A stretch of DNA of 20,000 nucleotides, taken from positions 182,389 through 202,388 of the forward strand of contig NGBS01000878.1 of NCBI GenBank assembly GCA_002245135.1, written 5' to 3'. The notes under the pieces were generated by a model. That model was not told the origin of the DNA, made no database searches, and saw only the letters and a program-made list of their open reading frames with translations. The position numbers were made by a program, and so were the translations under genes. Origin of the DNA: Proteromonas lacertae. Lineage: Eukaryota. Below are positions 1-10,666 of this stretch, piece by piece (position 1 is the stretch's first letter; the number at the start of each line of letters is the position of its first letter).

Positions 1-1239
1 TCTACATCCCAAATAAAAGAGGGTGTAATACCCACAATTTACTTTATCACGATTACTTTGTTTCACATTAGTTTCCATAATTTGGTAGCTTAATTCCACG
101 TTACTCTCAAAAAATCTGTATATTCTATAGATAATATTATCTCTTGCATCATTATAATCCCCTCTATAAATGTTTAAGCTGTCATAGATATAATATTTAA
201 TATATTTATTACTGTTATATTTCACTTCAAATAACGACCAATGTTGATAATCTTTGTCGCATACTGGGAAAAAATATATACCATCGTTCTTTATTTTACT
301 TAATAAACGTAATTGTTCATCACTTTTATATATATTACCTGGATCTATTACATTATCATTACACTGATTAATGAAGTGTATATAAAACACTAGATCTTCT
401 GATTTTAATCTCTCTTTTAATAATAGATGATTAACTATAATATTAAATTGTCTTAAGAAACAGTTCTTTTGTTTACCTTTTAGTGATATTGTATTATAAT
501 TGTATGGATTTATAATTAATCTAACAAAATTTAATGTATTTTCTTCATTGCGTGAATAGAATAGAGAATCACCATCATCATCATCATGTATATTGACGTA
601 AAAACAGGACAACTTCAGTCTGTACGATTTATATTCTAATAGTTTAGAGATATATTCTCTTAGCAAATCGCTCATTAGAATAACATCTAACTCCAATACT
701 TCAATATTGTTGTAATCAGAATTCATAATCATAAATGTCACAGTAGCAGCAATATCTGTGCTTCTGGAAAATTGTTCCTAACATTTATTATATTTATTTC
801 ATATTTACTTAGATTTGATATATATGAGGATATATATTTAAGATCTGTATTATAGTCATATGTATTAATTGAATCATATATTTTAATCATCCCTATTATC
901 CTTTTCTATCATAATTAAATAGCATCGATGTGATTTAATTAATATGCTCATACTTTTATTATTATATAATAACATATTGTTACTTAATAGATTAATGTCA
1001 TTAAAATCATAAAATTGAAGTATATACCATATCTGATATATATTTAACTCCTTTTTTCCTATTTTATCTCTTACTTTTATCACATTTTCTAATTGTTCTT
1101 CAGTCAAAGTATCTTTACCATCATATTCAGAGGTAATTTTTCCAAATATGCTATAAACTGCATTTTTAGAAGGATGTCTAATGATATCTGATAGAATTTT
1201 TGGTTGTATCAGTTTTCTTTTCTTTTTCTGAGGATTAAC

Positions 1240-1267
1240 CTATTTAATAAAATAATAATAATAATAC
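1240..1267 (-). other. 28-nt GT-AG intron in the transposon gene (copy A)
   Basis: gtattattattattattttattaaatag; removal gives ...MDIQL|VNPQKKK...; equivalent to 8960-8989 in copy B. Confidence 0.75.
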
Positions 1268-1373
1268 TAATTGAATATCCATTTTTCTTTTTAGTTTTTC
1301 TTGAAGATCAGTTGATATAGGAATGACTTCCACTGCCGATGAATTAGTCAATCTTATTTCGTTATCTTTGTTA

Positions 1374-1404
1374 CTATGTTAATTATTAATATACAAATCT
1401 ATAC
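1374..1404 (-). other. 31-nt GT-AG intron in the transposon gene (copy A)
   Basis: gtatagatttgtatattaataattaacatag; removal restores an open frame; same position and phase as 8820-8853 in copy B. Confidence 0.75.
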
Positions 1405-1914
1405 ACTGCATATAATGAATCATTATTTTTGTTCTTTTTGATAATTCTGAACTCATTTTTATCTTTTTGATTTTTTATTTTCTTAGTAAAAACAATTGCA
1501 TTGCCATGCTGGGGGTTTGATACTTTTTCACTCAACTTTTTAATCGAATTCATTACCATCTTACTATTTTTTTTCTCTATTCTAATATTAACAGATTGTT
1601 TGATATTATCTATTACTGACTTATTCCTATTAATATCTTTATTTATTTTTTCATCATTTATTTCTTCATTGTCAATGTTATAACCATAATCTACATTATT
1701 ATTACTTATATTGTAAAATAATTTTGGGTTTTCTTTTTGTAGTTCTTCTACATCCATAAAAAAAAGACTTCTTGGCTTGCAATGTGTTGTTGAAGAAATC
1801 GAAGTATTCATATCTTCAATTATATTTTCTATAAATTCTGTCCATTCATGACCCTCATTTTCAGATAAGTAACCATCTACTAAGCGTTCTATAACTTGAT
1901 TATAACGTTCAACC

Positions 1915-2613
1915 TTACCATTCGTTTGAGGATGGTAAGGCGAGCTTGTTAATCTTTTTGGTATGATAATCTGCCATTAATTCATTCAATATACTGTTGA
2001 CAAACTCAGGTCCGTTATCAGATTGAATAATTGATGGGGCACCGAAAATTCGTATATAACTTTTAATATTTTCTGCTGTTTCTTTGGCACTTTTTGTCTT
2101 TTGACAATAAATCATAATAAAACTACTATAATGATCAATAATAGATAAAAGAAATTTTTCATTTGAATGATATTTGCTCATATTTATTAAATCAATCAGT
2201 ATCCTTTCTCTTGGTGCATGAGATATGATTGGTTGTATTGGATTACTACGACTAATCTTCTTAATTTTGTGACAAACAGCACATGCATTTAAATAGATCC
2301 TAATCATGTCTCTTGTTATACCAAAATATTTTGCATCACAATTTATATATTGCATCATGAAACGCTCTCTTCTATGCCCATGAGATCTATGAATATCATC
2401 CAATATATCAAAACTTTCTTCCAATTTCACTACCAACTTATCTTCGAAGTAGAGTTTATTATTCTCGACTTTATACTTTTTAAGTTTGTAATAAGTAATG
2501 TTATTCAAATATTTGTCATACTTTTTCTGATCAAATGTCCATGTGTTTGTACCACTTAAGCATAATTTATCTATTTCTTCGTAATAGTGTTTGACATGAT
2601 CAGCTCTAAGCAA
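1915..2613 (-). CDS. Integrase zinc-binding (HHCC) and catalytic core (rve) segment of the copy A polyprotein
   Basis: ORF track protein has HxxxGH...CxxC, PRERILIDLINM, IIDHYSSF, IFGAPSIIQSDNGPEF. The catalytic E lies in a shifted frame. Confidence 0.9.
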   Translation of the reverse strand: MLRADHVKHYYEEIDKLCLSGTNTWTFDQKKYDKYLNNITYYKLKKYKVENNKLYFEDKLVVKLEESFDILDDIHRSHGHRRERFMMQYINCDAKYFGITRDMIRIYLNACAVCHKIKKISRSNPIQPIISHAPRERILIDLINMSKYHSNEKFLLSIIDHYSSFIMIYCQKTKSAKETAENIKSYIRIFGAPSIIQSDNGPEFVNSILNELMADYHTKKINKLALPSSNEW

Positions 2614-3022
2614 TGTATCAAGATCTTCATCAGATGACCTAATTATAAATATAGAATAATAAGTAAATAAAAGATATATAGGCTAATAAAGATTAGAACA
2701 ATTTTGTAGATTTCAATCACATTTTCTTGCATAACCTAAATAATGAGTAAATTGTTATTTTACCAATAAAATTACTCAAATTGTCTGATAATATTCTATC
2801 TTCCCATGGTTTTGTTTCTGGATCTCTCATGTTCATATTATAACATAAATCTAGGAATGATAATTGCAACTATCAGTTTGATGGATTATATGGGGTAGTT
2901 TTCTTCATTTAACGTGAATAGACTAACGCCTTAAACAGCATAACCCCACTAGAGTAATTACAGAATATATTGCCATATTTGATGTAAATTCCTTTCAGTT
3001 ATACAAATATATCAAATAACAA

Positions 3023-3045
3023 ATATATATATATATATATATATA
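3023..3045. repeat. (AT)n microsatellite
   Basis: Uninterrupted run of about 11 AT units. Confidence 0.9.
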
Positions 3046-3633
3046 GACTTACATTTTATAAGATATAAATTTGAAAAGTTTGATATGTGCTTGACATCAA
3101 ATAAAATATTTTTCTTTAATGCTTAATTACATAATAGACTAAAATATATTATATCTCTATATTATAGTATATTCAATTTTTCTATATTTTTTCCCTGGTA
3201 ATATAAGCTCATTGCGCTTAGATTTCAAGATACTTGATATTTACGCTTGATATAAGACCTAAATACAAAACAATCACATCTACAATTTAATAATATTCTT
3301 ATATTACAATAATCTAAACATATACTTTTAAAATTACAAAAAAAGAAAAGAACTTGAGAAAAAATTTGAAAATTGAAAAAATAATTCAAAGAGTATAATT
3401 CTTAATTCCTGTATAACTGATACATTTTTTCTATGCATCATCTAATGAAATTAATATTATATTTTATATATAAGTCAATTTTACTATTTAATAATAGTGT
3501 TTTCTTTTCATATTATGAAAGTTTTTATATGTCAAAAAAAGTAGTTTCTATAGCAAACTAACAATATATATACTTAAAACATAGGACTTATATTACGATT
3601 ATAATGCTACATTTTCATAAAAGTTTATAACTC

Positions 3634-3667
3634 CTTTATCGCGCAGATTTCTTTATCGCGCGCGACA
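3634..3667 (-). repeat. Putative transposon terminus (TIR arm) of copy A
   Basis: CTTTATCGCGC occurs twice (3634 and 3651, 17-bp period) and is followed by GCGACA; CpG-rich island in very AT-rich DNA. Confidence 0.65.
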
Positions 3668-3699
3668 GGTATGTCATAACAATTCAATTTATAATAGTT

Positions 3700-3948
3700 T
3701 TAATAAGTTATGTTACTAGTAGGTTAATAAACAATAGAAAATATGATATAATTAGTATTGATGGAAGAGCTAGAGCTGGTTGCATAATAACAGCAATAGA
3801 ATTAATAAAGAATAAAGGAGGAATATTACTTTTGGATAACTCAGAAAGGAATAGATATAAACTTGCGATTAATTAAATACCAAAAAAATGGAATAGATAT
3901 GATTTCAAATATGATAATGGTGTAGTATCAATGTGGATAACTCGTTAA
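3700..3948 (+). pseudogene. C-terminal fragment of a class I SAM-dependent methyltransferase (Methyltransf_24-like)
   Basis: Translates as SYVTSRLINNRKYDIISIDGRARAGCIITAIELIKNKGGILLLDNSERNRYKLAIN*IPKKW...MWITR*; internal TAA at 3874-3876; 5' part cut off at the transposon end. Confidence 0.7.
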
Positions 3949-5435
3949 TTTACAATATCTTTGATCGATAATTCGTTAAAGATATTATAATAGTAAATAT
4001 ATTACTTAATTTGTTATAACCAATCTTTAACGAAGAATGAACATCTTAAATACTCTTTATTTAATACAATTTGTCTATCAATATTACTTAAATAATTAAA
4101 TTATCATGTTGTAACTGATAAATATAATTTCTTTAATTTATATTAATTTGTATTGACTCAATAATTGTGGTTTATATATAGTCATTACTACAACTTAAAC
4201 AAACATTAATCTACAACTGAGATAAATTACTATTAAATCTTTCGCCTTATATATATACAAAAATACATCAGCTGAGATGAAAAAATCGATGTAAAGGTAA
4301 TCAAAAATGGAAAAATAAAAATTGATTTCAAGCCTCTTTCAAGCCTGCATTTTCAATTTCAATATTAAGTATTAAGAAATTTAAGTTATTATATTCTATT
4401 TATTTAAAAACCATAATCTCGTTTTCTTCTATTGCTATTGACGTATAATATGAAGTATAAACAAACAGTGTTATATATATTAATGATTAACCAGAACAAT
4501 ACGATATATAGCCAACGTAACTTTTTTGAGAAACTAAGTGTATATTTGTAACTAAGAGTCATTACGGAAATGTCAAACTTGATGGCTCATACAAGTATTA
4601 TGAAATTCAGTAACTTTTAATTAGAACAATCTGTAAAGCTGTAACTTGTGTTAAATATACCTATATCGATAAATCATTCTCATACTTTCTTTTATTTTCA
4701 AGAGTTTGGCAGTTAGTTTCAGGATGAATACTCAAACTATATGAAAGTAAAATTAATTATTTAAGGCTATGGAATGTATGGTTAATAATATTGATAATTT
4801 TATCGAATATCTATAATAAGTATATTACTTATCTAGAATTATATTCTATATTGCCTATTTTATTTACACTTCTATTATTAAAAGAGAATAATAAAAGTAA
4901 TAGGATATTGGAATTAATTATAGTTATAAAAAGTTTAGTAATATTTATATTATCTCTTTTAGTGTATAGATTAATTGAAAAATCATTTCGCTGCATTATA
5001 GGATTATATAAATTTTATAGCAACTAAAAGCTATTAATCAAAGATATGATGATTAATAAACAATATAATTCTTAAGATGTGTTGATTAGATTTTATATTT
5101 TTAATATCTCAATATGCCAAAATATATGGATGGAAAATATTACAGAGATGGATGAACAAACAGAAACGTAAGAAGTTTATTTACCAAAAATTTCATCAAT
5201 AATATACAATAATTTCTCGTAACCCACAAGAAATAATATTTCATAAATAACATACTTTCGAGAAAGTTGCATAATAACACCTCCCTTTAGATTAAGTGAA
5301 TTGAAAGGGAAAATAATGATTAAACAAATTGACTTTTCAGAAATCTACATTGTATGTATTGGATTCCACAAAAAGATCCTCACTATCAACATTGCAAAAA
5401 ATGTTAACTAGAATAATATACAATGAAATAGTATT

Positions 5436-6467
5436 ATGTTTAGAAATACTTACTCATTAATTCAATTGTTTATTATTTTATTTTTACTATATTATTATTC
5501 TTATAAATATGATATAATTAATATTTATATAGGAAATTCATTTAAAAATTACTATCATTTACCTAACAAAACAATACAATGTAAATATAAAAGAAGAATA
5601 TATAAATGTACATTTATGAAAAAATATAAAAAATATTATCATGCTTCAATTTATAATGGAAATAGAAAATTTCCTTTAAAACCAAATAATTCATATAACA
5701 TAATAATAACCACAGAAAAATTAAGTCAAGTAAAATTTATGAAAAAAATAGGAGAAGGTAAGAGTGAACACTATCATTTAGCTGTAGATTATAGGCTATT
5801 TAATAGTAAACATCACATATCTAGAAATATATATTCATACTATAATATATCAAGATTTATAGAAACTGCAAATTTGAATTATAAAAATATTTCATCATTT
5901 ATGAAAAGAAAAGATTGTGTATATATTCAAAAAGTGCATTATAAAAAAAGACAATATTTAGTTAAAAGTATGATGAATTTTATAAAAATTGACTCATTTG
6001 GTAATGATTTGAATAATAAAAAATGGCCACAAAATATATCTAGAAACAATAAAATAGATTTATTAAAGAAATATAAATTTTGTATTGCAATAGAAAATTC
6101 TGTAATTACTTGGAATAATGGAAGTAAATATGTAGCAGATGATATAAATAATGACTATGTTACAGAAAAATTAACTGATTGCTTGTTAGCTGGCTGTATA
6201 CCAATATATTTTGGATCAAAAAATATATATAATTTTTTACCTCATCCAAAAGCAATAATTAATTTTGTTGATTACACATGTATATATGATTTAGTAAGTT
6301 ATATTAAAAATATAAAGAATAATTCTTCTGCATTAATGCAGCATATATTTTGGCATTATAATGTTTCGAAAGAATGGTTCTATAGGTTTAATTATAATTT
6401 TACATTTAGTTATTGTGATATCTGTGACAAAATAAAACAATTCTATTCTAACATAAAATTGCTTTAG
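5436..6467 (+). CDS. Alpha-1,3/4-fucosyltransferase, CAZy GT10 family, type II membrane protein
   Basis: N-terminal TM helix; DSFG..., KIDLLKKYKFCIAIENS...DYVTEKLTDCLLAGCIPIYFGS is the GT10 fucosyltransferase motif. Confidence 0.9.
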   Translation: MFRNTYSLIQLFIILFLLYYYSYKYDIINIYIGNSFKNYYHLPNKTIQCKYKRRIYKCTFMKKYKKYYHASIYNGNRKFPLKPNNSYNIIITTEKLSQVKFMKKIGEGKSEHYHLAVDYRLFNSKHHISRNIYSYYNISRFIETANLNYKNISSFMKRKDCVYIQKVHYKKRQYLVKSMMNFIKIDSFGNDLNNKKWPQNISRNNKIDLLKKYKFCIAIENSVITWNNGSKYVADDINNDYVTEKLTDCLLAGCIPIYFGSKNIYNFLPHPKAIINFVDYTCIYDLVSYIKNIKNNSSALMQHIFWHYNVSKEWFYRFNYNFTFSYCDICDKIKQFYSNIKLL

Positions 6468-7314
6468 AATTAATTTTACACCATATATTCCATGTAGGAT
6501 TTCTATAAGCTAATAATTTTGCATAAGTAAAATTCCTAGTTTCTACAATAATAGATCTATTATCATTAGTGATTACATATAGTTCATAAGAATAAATAGG
6601 ACCATTTACATTATATAAATATAATCTCGGCATTGTTTCTCTATATTTTGAATTTAAAAACCATATACCATAATCTAAATATGTATAAAGAAATGCATTT
6701 TGCGTTGAATAAACATCTATACCAGAAAAAGTTGTTTTACAAATGCTGACATCATGATTACTTCCTTCATTTCCATAATATAATGTCAAATCAATTTTAA
6801 TTTTGTTATTCATTATCACCACACTTCTCTTAATTGTATATATTGTATAACCGACTATATGAGCTGCTAAATAATTCTTAAAAAATATTAAATACTCAGT
6901 TCTATTTTTACCACATAGTTTATAGCTATTGTGTAAGAAACAATTATTCATTCCATATTTATAACAATTTATTGATATAAATCTGTTGCAATGAAATAAT
7001 AAATAGTTCTTCCATATTGGAATAGCTAAATCCATATCATGGTCATTAGAAATTAATCCTCCATTTCTTATAGCTCCTAATAATGATCCATATTGAATAT
7101 AGTATATTATATGTAGCACATTAAGCATTTTAATAATTTCATTGTAATATTCAATATTTTTAGAACTATAATTATATAAATGAGGAATTTTATTCCACGA
7201 ACAATTTTTTATTATATAATTATTTTTTCTAATATTAGTATTAGGATAATAAAAAATAATAAAATGAATTACATACATGATACTTATAAAATATACTACA
7301 TTAAACAATTTCAT
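6448..7314 (-). CDS. LicD/fukutin-related nucleotidyltransferase-fold protein (phosphocholine or phospho-sugar transferase)
   Basis: N-terminal TM helix; YGSLLGAIRNGGLISNDHDMDLAI matches the LicD motif GTLLGAxRxxGxIPWDxDxD. Confidence 0.85.
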   Translation of the reverse strand: MKLFNVVYFISIMYVIHFIIFYYPNTNIRKNNYIIKNCSWNKIPHLYNYSSKNIEYYNEIIKMLNVLHIIYYIQYGSLLGAIRNGGLISNDHDMDLAIPIWKNYLLFHCNRFISINCYKYGMNNCFLHNSYKLCGKNRTEYLIFFKNYLAAHIVGYTIYTIKRSVVIMNNKIKIDLTLYYGNEGSNHDVSICKTTFSGIDVYSTQNAFLYTYLDYGIWFLNSKYRETMPRLYLYNVNGPIYSYELYVITNDNRSIIVETRNFTYAKLLAYRNPTWNIWCKINSKAILC

Positions 7315-7746
7315 ATATGAATTCTAATCAAATTTTGCAATTATAATCTTTTATAAGAATTATTTGAATTAAGCAACTTTATATCCTATGACAACCACCT
7401 TTGATATGAAATTTAAATCTTCAGTTGAACGAAGTCATTGGTTAAACCTAATGAAGTTCTTTTCATATCAAAGTAATACTAGGAGATATGGTATATAGTA
7501 TATTGTTTGATAAGGTTGAAGGTTGTGATAATTTCATGACAGCTTTGGAAATAATATAAACAGGAGGTCAAGCAATAAAATCAAAGCTGTCATATTGTAT
7601 TTGATGAATAATAAATTAGAAGATTTGAAACATAACACGAATAACACAAGCAACTAAAGATATATCTAATGAACTACATAACATAAATGAACTACATATC
7701 AAATACATCTAATGAAATATAACACTCATAAGATGTACTTTAAAGA

Positions 7747-8496
7747 TTGTTTATCAAGATAAAACGAGTAAAATTAGCTTATATTCCAATAATTTTAATT
7801 ATATATAATATTTATATTGTAATATGTTCAATTATAATAGGGAAAGATTATGTAGTGAAAGAAAAAGAAATTCCTTTTTTTAGAATTATAAAACATAGAC
7901 TTTATGTTAGTAATTCATATTTTGATTCTAGATTTAATGTTATAAGAATCTTAATATCAATTGATCCATCAATGAAATATGCTCTTAAAATAAAAGATAA
8001 GAATATGAATGAACTCAATTATTCTATTATAGTTTATGACAAGTGTATGAAATCAGAAAAATATTTTTCTTTAAAATATGGTAATATCATCATAAAACAT
8101 ATAGAAATATTACAGATTTTACATCTACAATATGAAAATATATTTCACACTATTTATACACATTACCCTAACAAAAATTTACACAAAAATTTAATTACAT
8201 GGTGTGTAACATCACTGAGAAATCATTACAATGCTATAATTCAGTTTAATGAAACTATCAATTTGTCAATTAAATATGGTGTTAAAAAGATTATATTATA
8301 TTATTCTGATATAAGCTATAGAATTAAGAATATTATTAATCAATATGAATATTTAGGAATAATTAAGTCATATTATTTTAAAGAAAATTCTGAATCATGT
8401 AATATGAAAATATGTGGAAAATTACTTCAGCTTAATGATTGTTTTTATAAGTCTATTCAAAATTCAGAATATATATTAAATGTAGATATCGATGAA
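7747..8496 (+). pseudogene. Truncated GT92/DUF23 glycosyltransferase, ending at its DxDE motif and fused to transposon sequence
   Basis: TM helix, LITWCV, YGVKKIILY, QLNDCFYKS...EYILNVDIDE; the nearest ATG (7733) is one base out of frame; sequence after 8496 is homologous to the copy A linker. Confidence 0.75.
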
Positions 8497-10404
8497 GATG
8501 GTAATGATAGCGATAATAGTGATGATGGTGGTAATAGTGAAGTAACAATAATGGAAGAAGAAGATTATAAAGAAAGAATCAAAAAAGATATAACACAAAA
8601 TGGAAATATAATAGAACAGTTTCAAGATTATATAGACGAAAGAAACTTCAATTATAATAACAAAATGAAAGATGATTCCATTAAGAAATTAGGAAATAAA
8701 CTAGTTAATCCTGAACATGGAGATGTGGTTATTACAGCTGTGAAAAGAAAGATGCGCCAAGATGAAAAGAGTCTAGCATTAGTTAAAGATGATAAAGTTA
8801 ATAAAAAGCAATATTTAGTGTATATTATTAAATTATTACTATCTAATGAATAGAAATGAAAACATGCAAATTCCATTAGTATCATCTACACCTTTAATAA
8901 AGCTTGAAGTTTCATCAGAATTATTAGAGAATATGAAGAAAACAGCAGACAAAATACTAGTATATTTGATGATAATTTATATTAAATAGATTCATCCTAA
9001 TCCTAAGAAAAAGGATATTAACACCTATGAAAAAAGACTTCAGCAAATTGTAATGAATCCAAAGAAGAATGCAGTGTATATATATTTGGTATTAGAACTT
9101 CTGAAGAAGATATTAAGGATCCATTAACTAATGATCAGTTGGAATTTGTTGAAAGATTTATAAAAAGTATTGGAAAAATACAACTTGGATTAAATGAAAT
9201 TCATTTCATATTGGAATTATACAATTTAAATCAACATTATTACGTATGTAAAGATAAACAAATGATAATGAATAAAGAGATGGAAGCATTCATAATTAGA
9301 GCTAAAGATAGTAACAATTATTACACTGTTATCATTCATCATGATAATAAAACAATCGAAGTTATAGATTCATTTGGTGAAGATGATTATGCAGAAGGTA
9401 TTCGTCGTATTGGTAGATATGATAGAAGTGTAGGTGAAATAATATCTCAATATAAGATTGCCAAGACCAATGTTAATACTAACTTTCCTGAAGCAACAGA
9501 AATATTAGCTGCTGTAATGCTAATGATAAAGATGTCTGAAGATCATCCATATATAAGCGATGTTGATATTATTCTAATGATTGATCTATTCAAAACCTAT
9601 ATACACCTTTTGATAGAGCGTAATTCAATGACTTTAAAATATGCAAGTAAAATGGTAAATAGAAAAGATACTAGTGTTGCATCAATTACATATGATGATC
9701 ACACTCATGATAGTTTGTTGTTTGTAAAGAAAATTAAAGGATATAATGATATTGGTCATGTAAGATTCTATGGACAACATCAACAACCGAAATATGAAGT
9801 AAATTATAAAGAATTGGTGAGTCATTTAAATATTAACAATCAACTAAAAGGCGATGAATTCCTGTTTTTATTACATTATATTTCCAACAACAATAAGAAT
9901 GTTATTGATCCTGGTGTTGTATTTTTAAATGAAAAGCAAAAGGATAATAAAAAAAAGATAAGTGAAAAAGGAATTTATTATTTTCCAGTATGTGATCCAA
10001 ATCAAAGTCATTGGAGTTTATGGGAAGTAGATTATGTTCCTAATGACTATATGATGTTTAGAATATATGACAGTTTAGCAATTTATATGAACAAAGAACC
10101 AAGAAATATAGTTATAAAGAATATTAAACAACTCTTTCATTCTTGCAATCGTGAATTAGAATCATATGAAATAGTAGATACAAAAGTTCATCAAACAGAT
10201 GCTGTAACTTGTGGATATTACTGTTTATTCTTTCTTGGAGCAAGATTGAATAATTTGGAAATAACAAAGATTCAAAATATAGAAAGTTTTAATATATAAT
10301 ACTTCATTGATGATTTAATTGAAGGTATAGAAAGTTTAAATAACGAAGAAAAAGCGAAATTGTTTTACATTTACAACAAAAAAAACATTTATAGATTTAA
10401 ATAA
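8497..10404 (+). pseudogene. Linker + pseudo-Ulp1 + Ulp1/C48 protease portion of the copy B polyprotein
   Basis: Introns at 8820-8853 (34 nt) and 8960-8989 (30 nt); frameshift in the TA run near 9080; ORF 9139-10299 has SHWSLW...IYDSL...HQTDAVTCGYY; the frame continues 34 codons past the TAA at 10297 to a stop at 10402-10404. Confidence 0.8.
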
Positions 10405-10608
10405 TCTCATTTTCTTTAAAAATTCTAAAAAGTATCTTTATATAATTACAATGTGTTTGTTAGGTACACATCCACATAACATAAAAACCAATTATGGAAA
10501 AAGATTTGAGTTGAATGTTGTTTCAACTTATTTTCTGATTTCAATTTTGTTATATTTGTTAATAATATATTATGATTATCTCATATATGAAATATGAGAA
10601 ATCAAAAG

Positions 10609-10666
10609 TGTCTCCTAGACAAACGGCGTGAGAAGATTTAGAAATACGCCGTTTGTCTAGGAGACA
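10609..10666. repeat. Perfect 21-bp inverted repeat with 16-nt loop
   Basis: TGTCTCCTAGACAAACGGCGT (10609-10629) and ACGCCGTTTGTCTAGGAGACA (10646-10666). Confidence 0.9.

Larger units (their letters stand above)
1..2638 (-). pseudogene. Spliced integrase-linker-(pseudo-Ulp1)-Ulp1 polyprotein gene with three single-base frameshifts (~1947, ~892, ~759)
   Basis: HHCC motif (HRSHGH...CAVC), D1 in LIDLINM and D2 in QSDNGPEF. Removing one base near 1947 gives SSPYHPQTNGKVERYN with exact D-X35-E spacing and joins ORF 1386-1811. Introns at 1374-1404 and 1240-1267 join it to ORF 883-1107. The frame from ~758 to 1 is open and reads FPVCDKDYQHWSLFEV...IYDSL...QSNRDKVNCGYY, the Ulp1 H-D-Q-C pattern. Confidence 0.85.
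1..3667 (-). mobile_element. Ginger-like (Ginger2/TDD, KRBA2/SCAND3-type) DDE integrase DNA transposon, copy A; 3' end lies outside the window
   Basis: Contains a retroviral-type integrase plus Ulp1 gene with no RT, RNase H or gag. On the minus strand it starts TGTCGCGCGCGATAAAG at 3667, matching the TGT...ACA ends known for Ginger elements. A truncated methyltransferase gene begins right next to it. Confidence 0.7.

Noticed and set aside
1501..1683. 60-aa plus-strand ORF, and likewise 2350-2559 (+) and 8652-8885 (-)
   Set aside because: Antisense shadows of the transposon gene with no motifs
1940..1952. Programmed ribosomal frameshift inside the integrase core
   Set aside because: No canonical slippery heptamer, and two other indels in the same gene point to decay or sequencing error
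1915..2613. LTR retrotransposon or bacterial IS3/IS481 interpretation of the integrase
   Set aside because: No RT, RNase H, gag or LTR pair is visible, and the gene has spliceosomal introns and a Ulp1 fusion
4791..5027. 78-aa hydrophobic ORF
   Set aside because: Non-ATG start and no recognisable motif; the hydrophobicity is expected from AT-rich DNA. It may be a remnant but cannot be supported.
7668..7698. AATGAACTACATA direct repeat as a CRISPR-like or regulatory array
   Set aside because: Only two copies 18 bp apart in AT-rich DNA, no spacer structure, eukaryotic context
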